From the IMG/VR virus record IMGVR_UViG_3300030105_002581, positions 1-56,164 of that record: a stretch of DNA of 56,164 nucleotides; one strand, given 5' to 3'. A program made the translations under genes and the position numbers. The stretch comes from a virus. Taxonomy: Duplodnaviria; Caudoviricetes. Below the pieces are notes generated by a model that was not told the origin of the DNA, did not search any database, and worked only from the letters and a program-made list of their open reading frames with translations. Positions 28,050 to 37,576 of the stretch are shown here, one piece after another (the first letter of the stretch is position 1; each line of letters starts with the position of its first letter).

Positions 28050-28931
28050 ATGGCATGTGAACATATATACAAACAGGGTGATAAATTAAAAATAGGGCCA
28101 GAGTCAGACAACGAGTGCTGTGTTTGCTGTGGTGCTCAGACATGCTCTAATGATTATGCAAATACTGTTGGACAGGGCTGCCCTTCTCATTGCTGCCCTT
28201 GCCCTCCAACAGGGAATGTTATAGCAAGTTTTGCCTCTTCGCAGTGTGCTCCCCTTGACGGACTAGAGCTCACATTTACTCGTGCCCTCGGGATTGCTAT
28301 CTGCAGTGGGAATAACCCTCAACATGGCACTGCGTCTTGTTACAAATCGGCTTATGATGACCCTACTTGTGGTATGGAATCACCTAATGGTGTAAAACTT
28401 CCCTACTGTGGTGAGTATCCAGACATTTACCAAGAAACCCTACACAAGTTTGAGTATGAGAAGTGGGGATTCTCAGGACTTATATGTGACGGAGACTTAG
28501 CATCTCACTGCACTGGTCAGAATGTAGAAATGTCCTTGTGTTGTTGCGATGCAATGGATTCCTCTCTACTTGCAGCAGGAGCCGTTGGGGATTGTCATAG
28601 CTGTCGGTATCAGTTTCAAATAGTGTTCAAGATAGGCACTCCCGGTGACAACGGTAGCTATTGCTCATGTCCTACAGGAGAGGGTCACGATGGTCAAAAT
28701 ACCTTTGCTTTACCCTTCTGTGAGCCGGACAGTCCGGTCTCATGGCCTTGCGGATCTCCAGAAAGCATTTTTACTATGAGTGCCTCCGATTGCGACATTC
28801 CCGGGTCAGGAACAGCTTGGACTCTAACATACGGACTAACAGACGTTTACTGGAATTGTGATTGTTGCGCAGGAGGGGCCGAGGAGGGAGACGACACTGT
28901 AGACGTGACAGTTACTTTCACTAAGGCCTAG
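28050..28931 (+). CDS. Cysteine-rich protein, putative tail-tip/receptor-binding accessory
   Basis: About 30 Cys in 293 aa by hand count (CCVCC, CCPC, CCC, CDCC); follows the fibre gene; TAAGGA SD. Confidence 0.6.
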   Translation: MACEHIYKQGDKLKIGPESDNECCVCCGAQTCSNDYANTVGQGCPSHCCPCPPTGNVIASFASSQCAPLDGLELTFTRALGIAICSGNNPQHGTASCYKSAYDDPTCGMESPNGVKLPYCGEYPDIYQETLHKFEYEKWGFSGLICDGDLASHCTGQNVEMSLCCCDAMDSSLLAAGAVGDCHSCRYQFQIVFKIGTPGDNGSYCSCPTGEGHDGQNTFALPFCEPDSPVSWPCGSPESIFTMSASDCDIPGSGTAWTLTYGLTDVYWNCDCCAGGAEEGDDTVDVTVTFTKA

Positions 28932-28957
28932 AAGATAGAGAAACAAAGGAAAATATT

Positions 28958-29419
28958 ATGAAGTCTAAAGAAGAGTTAGAGGGAATGTTTGAAAATGGTT
29001 TTGAATGTAATTGTTCAGAGGCCGGGTACTGTCCGGTGTATAATAAGACGATGGGGAAACATATCCACAACAAGTGTAAAACCTGTCCTTCTCATAGAGA
29101 TGTCTTTTTGAGACAACGACTTACTGAATTTAGTGAAGATTCAAAGAGAGCGTACAGAGAGGGAAAGCAGAAGCACGAGATAGATGCGGCTATAGTAAGC
29201 ATGCGGAGAGAAGGAGTCACCTTAGACTCCGATCTAAAATCCAAGGGCTTGGGAGATACAGTAGAGAAGATCTTGGGCAAGATTGGGATTACAGAGGAGG
29301 CACTTAAGAAAGCCTTTAACGTCAAAGACTGTGGGTGTAGCGGTCGTAAAAAGTGGCTCAATAAGATTTTTAAATACAAAGGGACTAACATCGATGATCT
29401 TCAACAAGAAGAAGAATAA
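28958..29419 (+). CDS. Hypothetical protein with CxCxxxGYC and GLGD...CGC..RK..LNK motifs
   Basis: AAGGA SD; both motifs are shared with other ORFs in this window. Confidence 0.7.
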   Translation: MKSKEELEGMFENGFECNCSEAGYCPVYNKTMGKHIHNKCKTCPSHRDVFLRQRLTEFSEDSKRAYREGKQKHEIDAAIVSMRREGVTLDSDLKSKGLGDTVEKILGKIGITEEALKKAFNVKDCGCSGRKKWLNKIFKYKGTNIDDLQQEEE

Positions 29420-29888
29420 GTGTGTCTGTAAAGACAAGGGCATAACTCACGAGATTAATTGGCTTTGTGAGAATGTTGCTGTCTTTGCCATAGCCTGTGA
29501 AGAGGGCGATCAAGAAAAGATGGATGCAATCAGATCAGAGATAAAAGAGATTATGGATCCCATGCCAGAAGAGTTTCAATATAGGGAGCCCAATCTGAAA
29601 ATTGACGATCTTGACGATATAGCTGTGACCGACCATATTATAATAGCACTTAACAAGAGAGGTTATTATGCCAATGGAGGCAAGGACAACATAGATACCA
29701 GATCTGAAGGTCTAGGCGATTCGATTTCTAAGGTACTATCCTCCTTTGGTATCACAGAGGAGAGGTTCAGTAAACTCCTGAATAGAACAGGCGGTTGTGG
29801 GTGTGATGGACGAAAGGCTTTCTTGAATAAGCTAGTCCCCTACAAGAAAAAGCTAGATCCTTCCGATGGAGAGCCGCCCAAGGAGTAG
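29394..29888 (+). CDS. Hypothetical protein, paralogous GLGD...CGC..RK..LNK domain
   Basis: Start re-called to ATG 29394 (MIFNKKK; AAGGGA SD); C-terminal domain aligns with the upstream gene. Confidence 0.7.
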   Translation: MIFNKKKNKCVCKDKGITHEINWLCENVAVFAIACEEGDQEKMDAIRSEIKEIMDPMPEEFQYREPNLKIDDLDDIAVTDHIIIALNKRGYYANGGKDNIDTRSEGLGDSISKVLSSFGITEERFSKLLNRTGGCGCDGRKAFLNKLVPYKKKLDPSDGEPPKE

Positions 29889-30010
29889 TCTTTTAAAAAA
29901 CAAGGCATGAAACCTTATCTACTTTTAAAAGATTTATACAGGAGTGCTCCTTGCTCCTTATATGCCCCCTGAGGACTGCTCTTAATCTTAGTTATAATGG
30001 ATTATTCCAT

Positions 30011-30056
30011 AAAAAAAGCCAAACCCTCTAGCAACGAATCACTAAAGGGCCTGACT
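30011..30056 (-). terminator. Intrinsic terminator of the - strand arm
   Basis: On -: AGTCAGGCCCTTTAGTGA-TTCG-TTGCTAGAGGGTTTGGCT followed by a T run; G-U pairs are valid only on the - strand. Confidence 0.85.
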
Positions 30057-30086
30057 ACGATACTAAGTAGAGAGATTTATGAAGAT

Positions 30087-30473
30087 CTACTTAGCCGCGT
30101 TAGGTTTGTAGATGAACCAGCCCTTGTCAGGAAGATAGCCTCTATTATTATCAGCATAGGCCTTCTCATTAATCCTTTGTTCCTGCTGCTTCTCAGACAA
30201 TTGATCCCAACGAATTTTCGGATAGATAAGGCCACCCTTTTTAGTTCGCCCAAAGATAACCTTAGCTCGGCAATCCTTACAGACAACCTCAAGCCAGTCA
30301 TTCTCTGAGCTATCGTGTCGGCAAACAAACTTTACATTAGGTGAAGAGCATTTCCCACAATTAGAATGGGAGAATACCTCTTGAACCCTAGAGATCTGTT
30401 TGAATAGATCGTCTTCTGACTCTGCATCCACTTCAAACCATAGATCATTTGTTGCTTTAATTCTACATCTCAT
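30087..30473 (-). CDS. Hypothetical Zn-ribbon protein
   Basis: CGKC...CKDC; coupled to the upstream gene. Confidence 0.7.
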   Translation of the reverse strand: MRCRIKATNDLWFEVDAESEDDLFKQISRVQEVFSHSNCGKCSSPNVKFVCRHDSSENDWLEVVCKDCRAKVIFGRTKKGGLIYPKIRWDQLSEKQQEQRINEKAYADNNRGYLPDKGWFIYKPNAAK

Positions 30474-31201
30474 TATTTCTTATCTCCTTTGCCATCAAAG
30501 TTTTCTCTCCAGTTTGCATCGTACCCAATAATGGTCTCTTCGATAGAAGAACGCTTCCGTTGCATTGCTGCGAGGGATTTGAGCATGACACGACCTTGAA
30601 GGTTACTAACTTCTCTAACAGATTTCACTTCATCACATACTTTTTTGACATACACAGTCAAGTTAATATCAACTCTTTTACACATCTGGTTGATCGCCAA
30701 GATCTGCTGATCCGTAATATCTTCTTCAGCAGCAAGAACGTCATCCTCAGGAGTGTCCTGCATCTCTTCAGCCGTTACAGCTCGTAGCTTCAGGGCTCGG
30801 CGTAGAGCTTTACCTTCTGCTCTAGTGTCTGCAGTAGCTATAAGGTGCTGGTTAAATGGATGTGGAACATTGTTGAATTTGACATCAACACAACCCGATA
30901 TTGTTATAATAGTATTGGTCTCGTACTTTTGTATTTGCAAAGTGTGCTTAATTGTACAAATTCCTTGATTGGTATCGTACTGAAAGATATCACTAACTGA
31001 AGATACGATCTCTCCATAGACTCTTTCGGTTACTCTACGAAGACCGTCTACTGTAGGGTTACCATCTCGGAGCTCACTATCAACCATCTGGTCTAAGACA
31101 TACTCGCTCCACTCTGGGCTATCTGTCGTAATAGCAGCTTCCACTTCCTCAGTAATTTCTTCTTCAACCTCAACGATTTCGTCAATTGCTAAGTCACTCA
31201 T
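30473..31201 (-). CDS. Putative Rad52/Sak-like single-strand annealing protein
   Basis: ATADTRAEGKALRRALKL resembles the conserved Rad52/Sak/Erf-type helix; beta-hairpin core; C-terminal ITDQQILAI module. Confidence 0.5.
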   Translation of the reverse strand: MSDLAIDEIVEVEEEITEEVEAAITTDSPEWSEYVLDQMVDSELRDGNPTVDGLRRVTERVYGEIVSSVSDIFQYDTNQGICTIKHTLQIQKYETNTIITISGCVDVKFNNVPHPFNQHLIATADTRAEGKALRRALKLRAVTAEEMQDTPEDDVLAAEEDITDQQILAINQMCKRVDINLTVYVKKVCDEVKSVREVSNLQGRVMLKSLAAMQRKRSSIEETIIGYDANWRENFDGKGDKK

Positions 31202-32004
31202 ATTACTATATACCTCTTATCCTCTGTAGGGAACGATTGTTTAATTTCATCTAACCTTTCAAGAAGGTTTGCTAAGACTTCTCTCATGTAAAGCTGCGAG
31301 ATCCTTTTCCGCTGCTTAATTCTTATCATCACGAGTCCTTCTCTTAAGACAAGTCCATCCTTTTGGCGGTCGGCATTTTGTTTCTTCTCAAGAGCTTCCT
31401 CACCCCACACTGGGTAATGATGAGAGGGGCCATCTATCTCTATGACAGTAAGAAGATCTTCTATGAATAGATCTGTCTCAAGTTTCAAGTTCTGCAACCA
31501 TGACCTCTTATGTAATTGTACCCTATAGTTCAGCTTAACAAGCTCATTAAATATGAAAAGTTCCATGCGAGAACCGTTCCTAGACGTTTCCCTTATTGCG
31601 TCTCCTCCCATTCTACGGAATATATCTTGCTCTTCAGGGGTCTTTTTATCCCAAGAGGCCTTGCCTATCTTAGATCTTTCATCTCTAGATTCTTCATCAA
31701 GAGATTCCCAGACCTTTCCTTGGCTCTCGCTAATCTTAAGCTTAGTCCCTTCGTTGTGCCCTATGCCTTCTGTAGGATGGGCTGACCTTCCAGACTCAAG
31801 AGCTAGTTTAGCAGCGGCACTCTTACCTCTAGGATCAATACCAAGTCTTATAGTGTCTCTTCTAATCTTATTAGCGTAAGTCCCCACCATAGTAGCGATA
31901 ACACCAAAGCTAAACCCCTTATTAATATAAGCGGCCTCTAGGAAGTTAGTTTTTTCTAGTTCTGTCAGGTCAAAGTATTTGCTTGCGTTCTTTTCAATGT
32001 TCAT
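31198..32004 (-). CDS. NUMOD3-like + Vsr/DUF559-type endonuclease (homing-endonuclease-like)
   Basis: HNEGTKLKISES (NUMOD3-like) and ETDLFI...VIEIDGPSHH catalytic pattern. Confidence 0.7.
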   Translation of the reverse strand: MNIEKNASKYFDLTELEKTNFLEAAYINKGFSFGVIATMVGTYANKIRRDTIRLGIDPRGKSAAAKLALESGRSAHPTEGIGHNEGTKLKISESQGKVWESLDEESRDERSKIGKASWDKKTPEEQDIFRRMGGDAIRETSRNGSRMELFIFNELVKLNYRVQLHKRSWLQNLKLETDLFIEDLLTVIEIDGPSHHYPVWGEEALEKKQNADRQKDGLVLREGLVMIRIKQRKRISQLYMREVLANLLERLDEIKQSFPTEDKRYIVI

Positions 32005-32431
32005 TAGTTAATCCTCTGATCCCATCTAAGTCCCAGTTTTCCATTACTGCAACCGGCTTCTTAAATAGAGATTCTAAAATCTTATAAATCTTTAAGTTTC
32101 CAGCAATCAGATCGATACTATCATTGTTATATACATTTTCTAATGCCGGGTAGTTAATGTTCGGTAGGCTCATCCACTCAAGAGTCTGGACGTAGAAGAA
32201 CTTCTTCTTTGGATAGATTAGACTACATAGAATCTCAGCAGAAACGATGTTCTCTGCAACTAGAGATCCATCGAAGTTGTAGACTCTTGCTATTTGCATG
32301 ACAGACAGCCAAGTAGGGAAGGGTCTAGGAGCTACATTGTTACTAAACAATATAACCTCACTACGATTCGTAGCTTCCTCAATTCCAGAGATTAATGGCT
32401 CGTTAAAGTCTGCTGTTAAAATTCCTATCAT
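31994..32431 (-). CDS. Glycosyltransferase-like single-domain protein (GT-B N-terminal-like)
   Basis: LVAENIVSA...KKFFYVQTLEW resembles the Y-x-VQ-x-x-E motif of WsaF-type GT N-domains; lies in the GT cluster. Confidence 0.4.
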   Translation of the reverse strand: MIGILTADFNEPLISGIEEATNRSEVILFSNNVAPRPFPTWLSVMQIARVYNFDGSLVAENIVSAEILCSLIYPKKKFFYVQTLEWMSLPNINYPALENVYNNDSIDLIAGNLKIYKILESLFKKPVAVMENWDLDGIRGLTNEH

Positions 32432-33258
32432 GATAGCAACGCCCCTTTTATTTTCTGTAGTTCTTCAACGTATTGGTTAGCCCCAAAGAAGGATAGTATC
32501 TCAGACGCTAGATCAAAGTATGTCTTATTATAAACCATCATCTTAAGGATGCCTGTATCTTTATTTTCGGCTAGAGCCTTATCTATTTCTTTTTTAAGAG
32601 ATGCAATATCAGTAAAGGTTCCTATGTTAGGTATAGTCTCTTCTGATAGTACTAAAGGAGTACCCCCTAGAGAACAGGTATCTTTCCATGTCTCCTGCCC
32701 CAAGTCTAGAACAACACTACTAGAACATATAACATCCGCTTTCATATTGTTATCTATAGTCCCCAAATAGTTAGGCACCTGAATCTTATTAGGCCCGAAC
32801 ACCTTGGTCTTATATGAATTACAAACGAAATCAAGAATAGCCCCTACTCTAGAGTCTATCTCAAGCCGATCCGAGAATATAACTACCTCACTAGTAAGCT
32901 TCTCTCTTTTAGTACCTCTATTTAGTTGAGCGACGTTCGCCCATACTGAAGGTCTAACTGTAGGAAAGTCCTTTATCCCGTCAAAGGTAAGGACAAGATT
33001 GGGCCCGAACTGCTGAAGGTCGGAGTCTGCCATGAGGACTACTGCTACATTAGGGTAGTGAGTCCTTGCTATATGGAGTTCTCTTGGAGATATGTTCCCT
33101 TCGCAGAACAGCATATCTAACTTTGTCTCATCGAACATATCCATTATTGGTTTTGTTGCTGAGTCCCATATTAATGTTTCTATATCAGAACAGCACTCAA
33201 GACTAGAGCACAATCCGTTAAACACAGGACTATCACTTTTGTTAAAAACCGCTTTCAT
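32428..33258 (-). CDS. Divergent GT-B (CgeB-like) glycosyltransferase
   Basis: KVFGP...NYLG.I....ADVICSSSVVL and C-terminal ..KTY pattern; cluster context. Confidence 0.45.
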   Translation of the reverse strand: MKAVFNKSDSPVFNGLCSSLECCSDIETLIWDSATKPIMDMFDETKLDMLFCEGNISPRELHIARTHYPNVAVVLMADSDLQQFGPNLVLTFDGIKDFPTVRPSVWANVAQLNRGTKREKLTSEVVIFSDRLEIDSRVGAILDFVCNSYKTKVFGPNKIQVPNYLGTIDNNMKADVICSSSVVLDLGQETWKDTCSLGGTPLVLSEETIPNIGTFTDIASLKKEIDKALAENKDTGILKMMVYNKTYFDLASEILSFFGANQYVEELQKIKGALLS

Positions 33259-33968
33259 AGTATCTTCCTTGCCTTTTCTAAGTCCCTTGAAGTATCAATG
33301 TCTGTAACTAATGCGTCTGGATTCTCAATACACTTAATCCTACAACCTCTGTTTATTAACTTATTGATGGCCTCGAACCCAAAAAGCTTCTTGTTTTTCT
33401 TATCCCAAACAATCTTTTTAAATCTATCTAGATCATTCCCCTTTAAGTATAGCAGCTGATTCCATTTAAGGGGAAGGTCATACATCATGTTCTCAAGGTT
33501 CCCTCTATTGTTTACTATACAACCAACCTCATCGTCGTCCATGTAGGAACCCTCAGAAACAGATATGCACGAAACGTTGTAGTCGAGTGACAGGAGGGCT
33601 TCTTTATTGAATATCAAGTCCCCATAAAGAATCAATACACTACTACTTACACAGGCTCTTAGCCCCATTCCTATGCTTCTAGAAACGTTGGTATTCTGAT
33701 AGTTCTCGTTCTCTACCTTTATTACTTCGCTTGGTAGAGCATCCATGAGTTTGTTAGCTTCAAATCCACAGACTGAGATAATTTTAAACTTATTGAATGC
33801 TTCTTTTATTGCCTTATACTGATGCTCAAAGATAGTTTTGTTCTTTATCTTTATAAGAGGCTTCGGCCCATAGGACTTCATCCTCTTCCCGAGACCTGCA
33901 CAGGGAATCACAATAGTAATCTCCTGCTCGTCAAGATCTTTTTTCTCGAATATAGTATGTTTAGTCAT
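33255..33968 (-). CDS. Nucleotidyltransferase (NTP_transferase/LicC-like cytidylyltransferase)
   Basis: IVIPCAGLGKRMKSYGPKPLI, NENYQNTN, YGDLIF, DIDT..DL. Confidence 0.85.
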   Translation of the reverse strand: MTKHTIFEKKDLDEQEITIVIPCAGLGKRMKSYGPKPLIKIKNKTIFEHQYKAIKEAFNKFKIISVCGFEANKLMDALPSEVIKVENENYQNTNVSRSIGMGLRACVSSSVLILYGDLIFNKEALLSLDYNVSCISVSEGSYMDDDEVGCIVNNRGNLENMMYDLPLKWNQLLYLKGNDLDRFKKIVWDKKNKKLFGFEAINKLINRGCRIKCIENPDALVTDIDTSRDLEKARKIL

Positions 33969-34345
33969 TTAAATATATTGTTTTCTATCTTTATAGATCG
34001 CAATCCATTAGCGAATATAAATTCATTTAGCTGATCGAGGCTTTCTATCTTCATGTCAGAAGGAACAACTCTCTTATTAATAAAGTAAGCGCCACAGTCA
34101 GCATATATTAAAGCTATCTTAGAGCTCCCTTGATTGAACAGACCTACTATTCTGGAGACAGCTTCTTCACTAGCAAACCCAAGGCCTCTAGGAAGGACTC
34201 CGAACACATCGTATTCAGGACGTGTATAAATATCAGAAACGAATTTAGGATCGCCTAGTATGTTTATCCAAGTAGCAAGTCTCTCGTGGGTTTGTGTCGG
34301 CCTATAGCCATCGGTTATTATGACGACGGTTTCAAGCACGGACAA
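33965..34345 (-). CDS. Hypothetical protein, possibly a degenerate GT-A fragment
   Basis: Coupled in the cluster; IALIYAD resembles a GT-A strand. Confidence 0.45.
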   Translation of the reverse strand: MSVLETVVIITDGYRPTQTHERLATWINILGDPKFVSDIYTRPEYDVFGVLPRGLGFASEEAVSRIVGLFNQGSSKIALIYADCGAYFINKRVVPSDMKIESLDQLNEFIFANGLRSIKIENNIFK

Positions 34346-35163
34346 ATCTCCTCTATATCAAGAATAAAATCGGCACCGTTCTGCTCAAACTCTTTAACTT
34401 TATCTTCTAAATGAATACCAAAGCAATTACCTGCATGTTTTTTATGTAGAATATGACTGACTATCATTCCGTTAAAGCCTTCCTTTGGCTTCGCGATAGC
34501 AAAGGGTATCATCTTATTCAAAGTTGTGTCTTGAAGTTCTAAGCTAAAGCTCTCAGGGACAACAAAGCCGGAATCAAAAACGATATAAAGACTAAATCGC
34601 TTACTCTTAGTTCTGTCTAGAACGAAGTCGATACGCTGTCTTACAGTCACTTCTTCTTCTGTTGCTAGGAACTGCTGTACACTCCATTCAAAGATACCGT
34701 CATACCTGCTCATGAAGGACATCATCACATGAGTATCTATATCGTTAGACTTACAAACAGTCAAGATGCTAGGGGGATTGTACTGAGCACTCAAGCTCTC
34801 TAGAGTACTACTAAGTTCGTCTAGAGTATTGTCCTTGTCTGAGAAAACAATCGCATGATATCTAGGCTTGACCTGTTTCTCTACAATACTTTTAATATCA
34901 CTTGAGGAATACTTCTCTGCCCATTCTTCTGTTCTCCGGTACAGGCAGTATCTATTATTGATTACAAAGAATTCATTATCGAACTCATCATAGGCTTCTA
35001 TGACATGACTCCCGTTCTCCTTATATAGATCAATTCTATCGAACTCACAACCTACTTGTGTCTGTCCTTCCTTTACGGAAAAGATACATTCCCTACAGGA
35101 GGTATGCAGTTGCTCTAAGTTTTCAGGTAGAGGTTCTTTCTTTTCTAGGTTATTCTTAATCAT
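34318..35163 (-). CDS. Hypothetical protein with N-terminal Cys module and GT2-like C-terminal region
   Basis: TSCRECIF...QVGC...YC; ELSSTLESLSAQYNPPS resembles the GT2 L..TL.SL..Q motif. Confidence 0.5.
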   Translation of the reverse strand: MIKNNLEKKEPLPENLEQLHTSCRECIFSVKEGQTQVGCEFDRIDLYKENGSHVIEAYDEFDNEFFVINNRYCLYRRTEEWAEKYSSSDIKSIVEKQVKPRYHAIVFSDKDNTLDELSSTLESLSAQYNPPSILTVCKSNDIDTHVMMSFMSRYDGIFEWSVQQFLATEEEVTVRQRIDFVLDRTKSKRFSLYIVFDSGFVVPESFSLELQDTTLNKMIPFAIAKPKEGFNGMIVSHILHKKHAGNCFGIHLEDKVKEFEQNGADFILDIEEICPCLKPSS

Positions 35164-35576
35164 GGGCGAAGAGCCTCCAATAAATATTTGTTTCCAGAGA
35201 TAGTAGCAAACAGAATCTGAAACCCTACGGACTCCAGCATTTTTCTAACCTCATGAATAGAGTTCATACGAACCCTTCCGTTCAAGAGATGGATAGAGGC
35301 ATCTGCTGCCGTCATTGACCCTTCACTTACACCTTTAGTGACTTGAATAGCGTCAGTCCCAACGATCTTAATAGATCCTCCATGACGAATCTTAGAGGCT
35401 ACTAACTGTAGAATCTCTGGTCTTTCATCGTACTCAAGAACCTCAATCAACTCTATCTCATTATACACAGCACTTGGAAGAGTGTCAATCTTATTACTGG
35501 GGATGCACTCTAATGTTGACCCTATAGCTACCAAAGAAGGTTTCGATTTATTTTCTACGTATACACAGGCTTTCAT
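35160..35576 (-). CDS. Truncated class I SAM methyltransferase-like protein
   Basis: YNEIELIEVLEY...LQLVASKIRHGGSIKI and LESVGF resemble the C-terminal half of type-11 MTases; no clear GxG motif I. Confidence 0.45.
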   Translation of the reverse strand: MKACVYVENKSKPSLVAIGSTLECIPSNKIDTLPSAVYNEIELIEVLEYDERPEILQLVASKIRHGGSIKIVGTDAIQVTKGVSEGSMTAADASIHLLNGRVRMNSIHEVRKMLESVGFQILFATISGNKYLLEALRP

Positions 35577-35585
35577 CCTTAACTC

Positions 35586-36554
35586 CTATAATTTGAAAAC
35601 TACTTTTGAAATGTAAGAGAACACTTGGTTCCACTTATTTGTAAATGAACTCTTGTCTGAATACTTATCTAAAACAACTTGTCTAGCTGCGTTACCAATA
35701 TCCTGACCCTCGATGCCAAGGCTTTCCGCTAGGAGATCATGTAGCTCGTCTATTGTCTTATAGAGAAATCCTGTTTCTCCATGTTTAATTATACCCCTGA
35801 CATCTGGGCTATCTGGAGCGATCACTATACAGCCAGAAGACATTGCCTCAAGAGCCTTGATATCCATACCAGCCCAAGTCGCTATAAATACCTTACTACT
35901 ATTCGTAATCTCATGAGACTTTTTATCCTCATTATCAAAGAGGCCGACAGCCCCACTCTTACTAGCGAATTTCATAACGGTATGGAATAAGTCGGGAGGG
36001 GTATTGTTATCGATAGCTAAAGGGATTGTTTTCTCATCAGGAGAATACATCTCAGAGTCAATATACGGCTCAATAGTCATGCGGATAGATTGTGGGTTTG
36101 CCGCAGACTTAGACTGAACAGCAGAGCCAATAGTTATATTAATATGTCCAGACCGAGACATGATCTCAGGATTGATGTTAGGAGAAATCCCGAATGGGTT
36201 CTTTTGAATCTGCTCTTCTCCAGCATGGTCTGCAAGGATCATAGGAACATGTAGTTGCCGAGATAGTTGAAATCCGAGATCAAACTCTTGAAGCTTGTCG
36301 TTAACTAAAACACAGTCAATATATGTATCTTTAAATTGATTGGTGTCACCGTTGATTAAGAAGGCATTACTAGGGAGTGCAGAGATCCCTTCCTTCCAAG
36401 ACGATAGTCCTTCTTTCTCCATTACGTAAATCTCACAATTCACACCCTCAAACAAACTCAAGAACTTCTCATTTTCTCTACAGAAAGAGAGGCACTTTAA
36501 GGTTTGTCCATCAGTTCTAGTAGCAGACCGAATTAAGTTATTCATTACATGCAT
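35586..36554 (-). CDS. GT-B (GT4-like) glycosyltransferase
   Basis: KALEAMSSGCIVIA...IKHGETGFL...IGNAARQ. Confidence 0.85.
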   Translation of the reverse strand: MHVMNNLIRSATRTDGQTLKCLSFCRENEKFLSLFEGVNCEIYVMEKEGLSSWKEGISALPSNAFLINGDTNQFKDTYIDCVLVNDKLQEFDLGFQLSRQLHVPMILADHAGEEQIQKNPFGISPNINPEIMSRSGHINITIGSAVQSKSAANPQSIRMTIEPYIDSEMYSPDEKTIPLAIDNNTPPDLFHTVMKFASKSGAVGLFDNEDKKSHEITNSSKVFIATWAGMDIKALEAMSSGCIVIAPDSPDVRGIIKHGETGFLYKTIDELHDLLAESLGIEGQDIGNAARQVVLDKYSDKSSFTNKWNQVFSYISKVVFKL

Positions 36555-37576
36555 AGTATTTCCTTTAGGGTGGCTGCTTGATTCTCTAAAGAGAAGACCG
36601 AGCTCTTTTCATTTTTCTTTGTACTAGTAAATGCTTCTCGCATACATTCTCTGAGAGATGAGATATGAGGGACTAGACCCTTTTCTCTAGCAGTAAACAT
36701 ATCTGCCAAAGGCCTGTCGGGACAGAGCAAGACATCCTCATGAGACTTCACGAGCCATCCATTGTCCTCGGTTATGTGCTCTGACATTCCTGATTTGTCA
36801 AGAACAATAGCTGGGTTCCCCATCGCCATCCCTGCAGCAATGTCAAGGCTAAAGTCTATTGTAGAAGCTACGTCAACAACACAGTGAGTTACTTGGTGAA
36901 GCTCCTCTGCGAAACAATCAGGAGCAATCTCAATAGAGGGAGAGTAGTCTATGTGAGGAAACTTACCTACCCTCTTTCTAGAGTCCTGTATCATCTGTTC
37001 TGCTTTTCCTTTGTCCGTAGTATGGATAACCAAGTAAACGTTCTCGTTCGTATGGAATTCAGATAGATAAGCATCAAGTACTGCCTTAGCACCGCCCTTT
37101 TCCTCTAGGCTTCCTCCAGAGAAGTAGAACTTGTAGTTAACGTCTGGGATGTTCTCTTTTCTTGCCATGTCTCCGGGAATAGCCCCTCCAATAACACTAG
37201 CTCTTTCCTGTAGTTCTTCAGGAAGGGCATTCTTTTCCGCACTAGTGCAGACAAAAATATCATCCATTAGGTTAAGGTAGTTAGACCATCCTTTGTTATC
37301 AATCGTCTCTACGGGAGTAAAGCAAACGTTTCTTTTAGCTAGTCCCGTGTAACTTAGATAACTAGGAAGAGTATGCTGGATTACAACATCAAACTCTGGG
37401 TGCCTTACTGATTCAAGTCTATCTATGATGGGATCTTGAAACCCTCCTCCACTAAAGAAGATAGGTCTTGTGGCTAGGTCGATCTCTTCAATCATATCTA
37501 GAGACTTAAGTAGACACCTGCTGTTAACGCCCCATGCATCTGCTTGTCTGTACGGCCCTATAAACAATACTTTCAT
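36545..37576 (-). CDS. GT-B (GT4-like) glycosyltransferase
   Basis: MKVLFIGPY, EKGG..VLDAY..EF, AAGMAMGNPAIV...SGMSEHITEDNGWLV; the usual E-x7-E acidic pair appears altered. Confidence 0.75.
   Translation of the reverse strand: MKVLFIGPYRQADAWGVNSRCLLKSLDMIEEIDLATRPIFFSGGGFQDPIIDRLESVRHPEFDVVIQHTLPSYLSYTGLAKRNVCFTPVETIDNKGWSNYLNLMDDIFVCTSAEKNALPEELQERASVIGGAIPGDMARKENIPDVNYKFYFSGGSLEEKGGAKAVLDAYLSEFHTNENVYLVIHTTDKGKAEQMIQDSRKRVGKFPHIDYSPSIEIAPDCFAEELHQVTHCVVDVASTIDFSLDIAAGMAMGNPAIVLDKSGMSEHITEDNGWLVKSHEDVLLCPDRPLADMFTAREKGLVPHISSLRECMREAFTSTKKNEKSSVFSLENQAATLKEILCM

Noticed and set aside
29889-30010. ncRNA, tRNA or origin in the convergent intergenic gap; also ORFs 29997-30308 and 30077-30328
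   Set aside because: Only short AT-rich inverted repeats (TCTTTTAAAA/TTTTAAAAGA) and a small near-palindrome, with no cloverleaf or iterons. The ORFs overlap the terminator or the Zn-ribbon gene.
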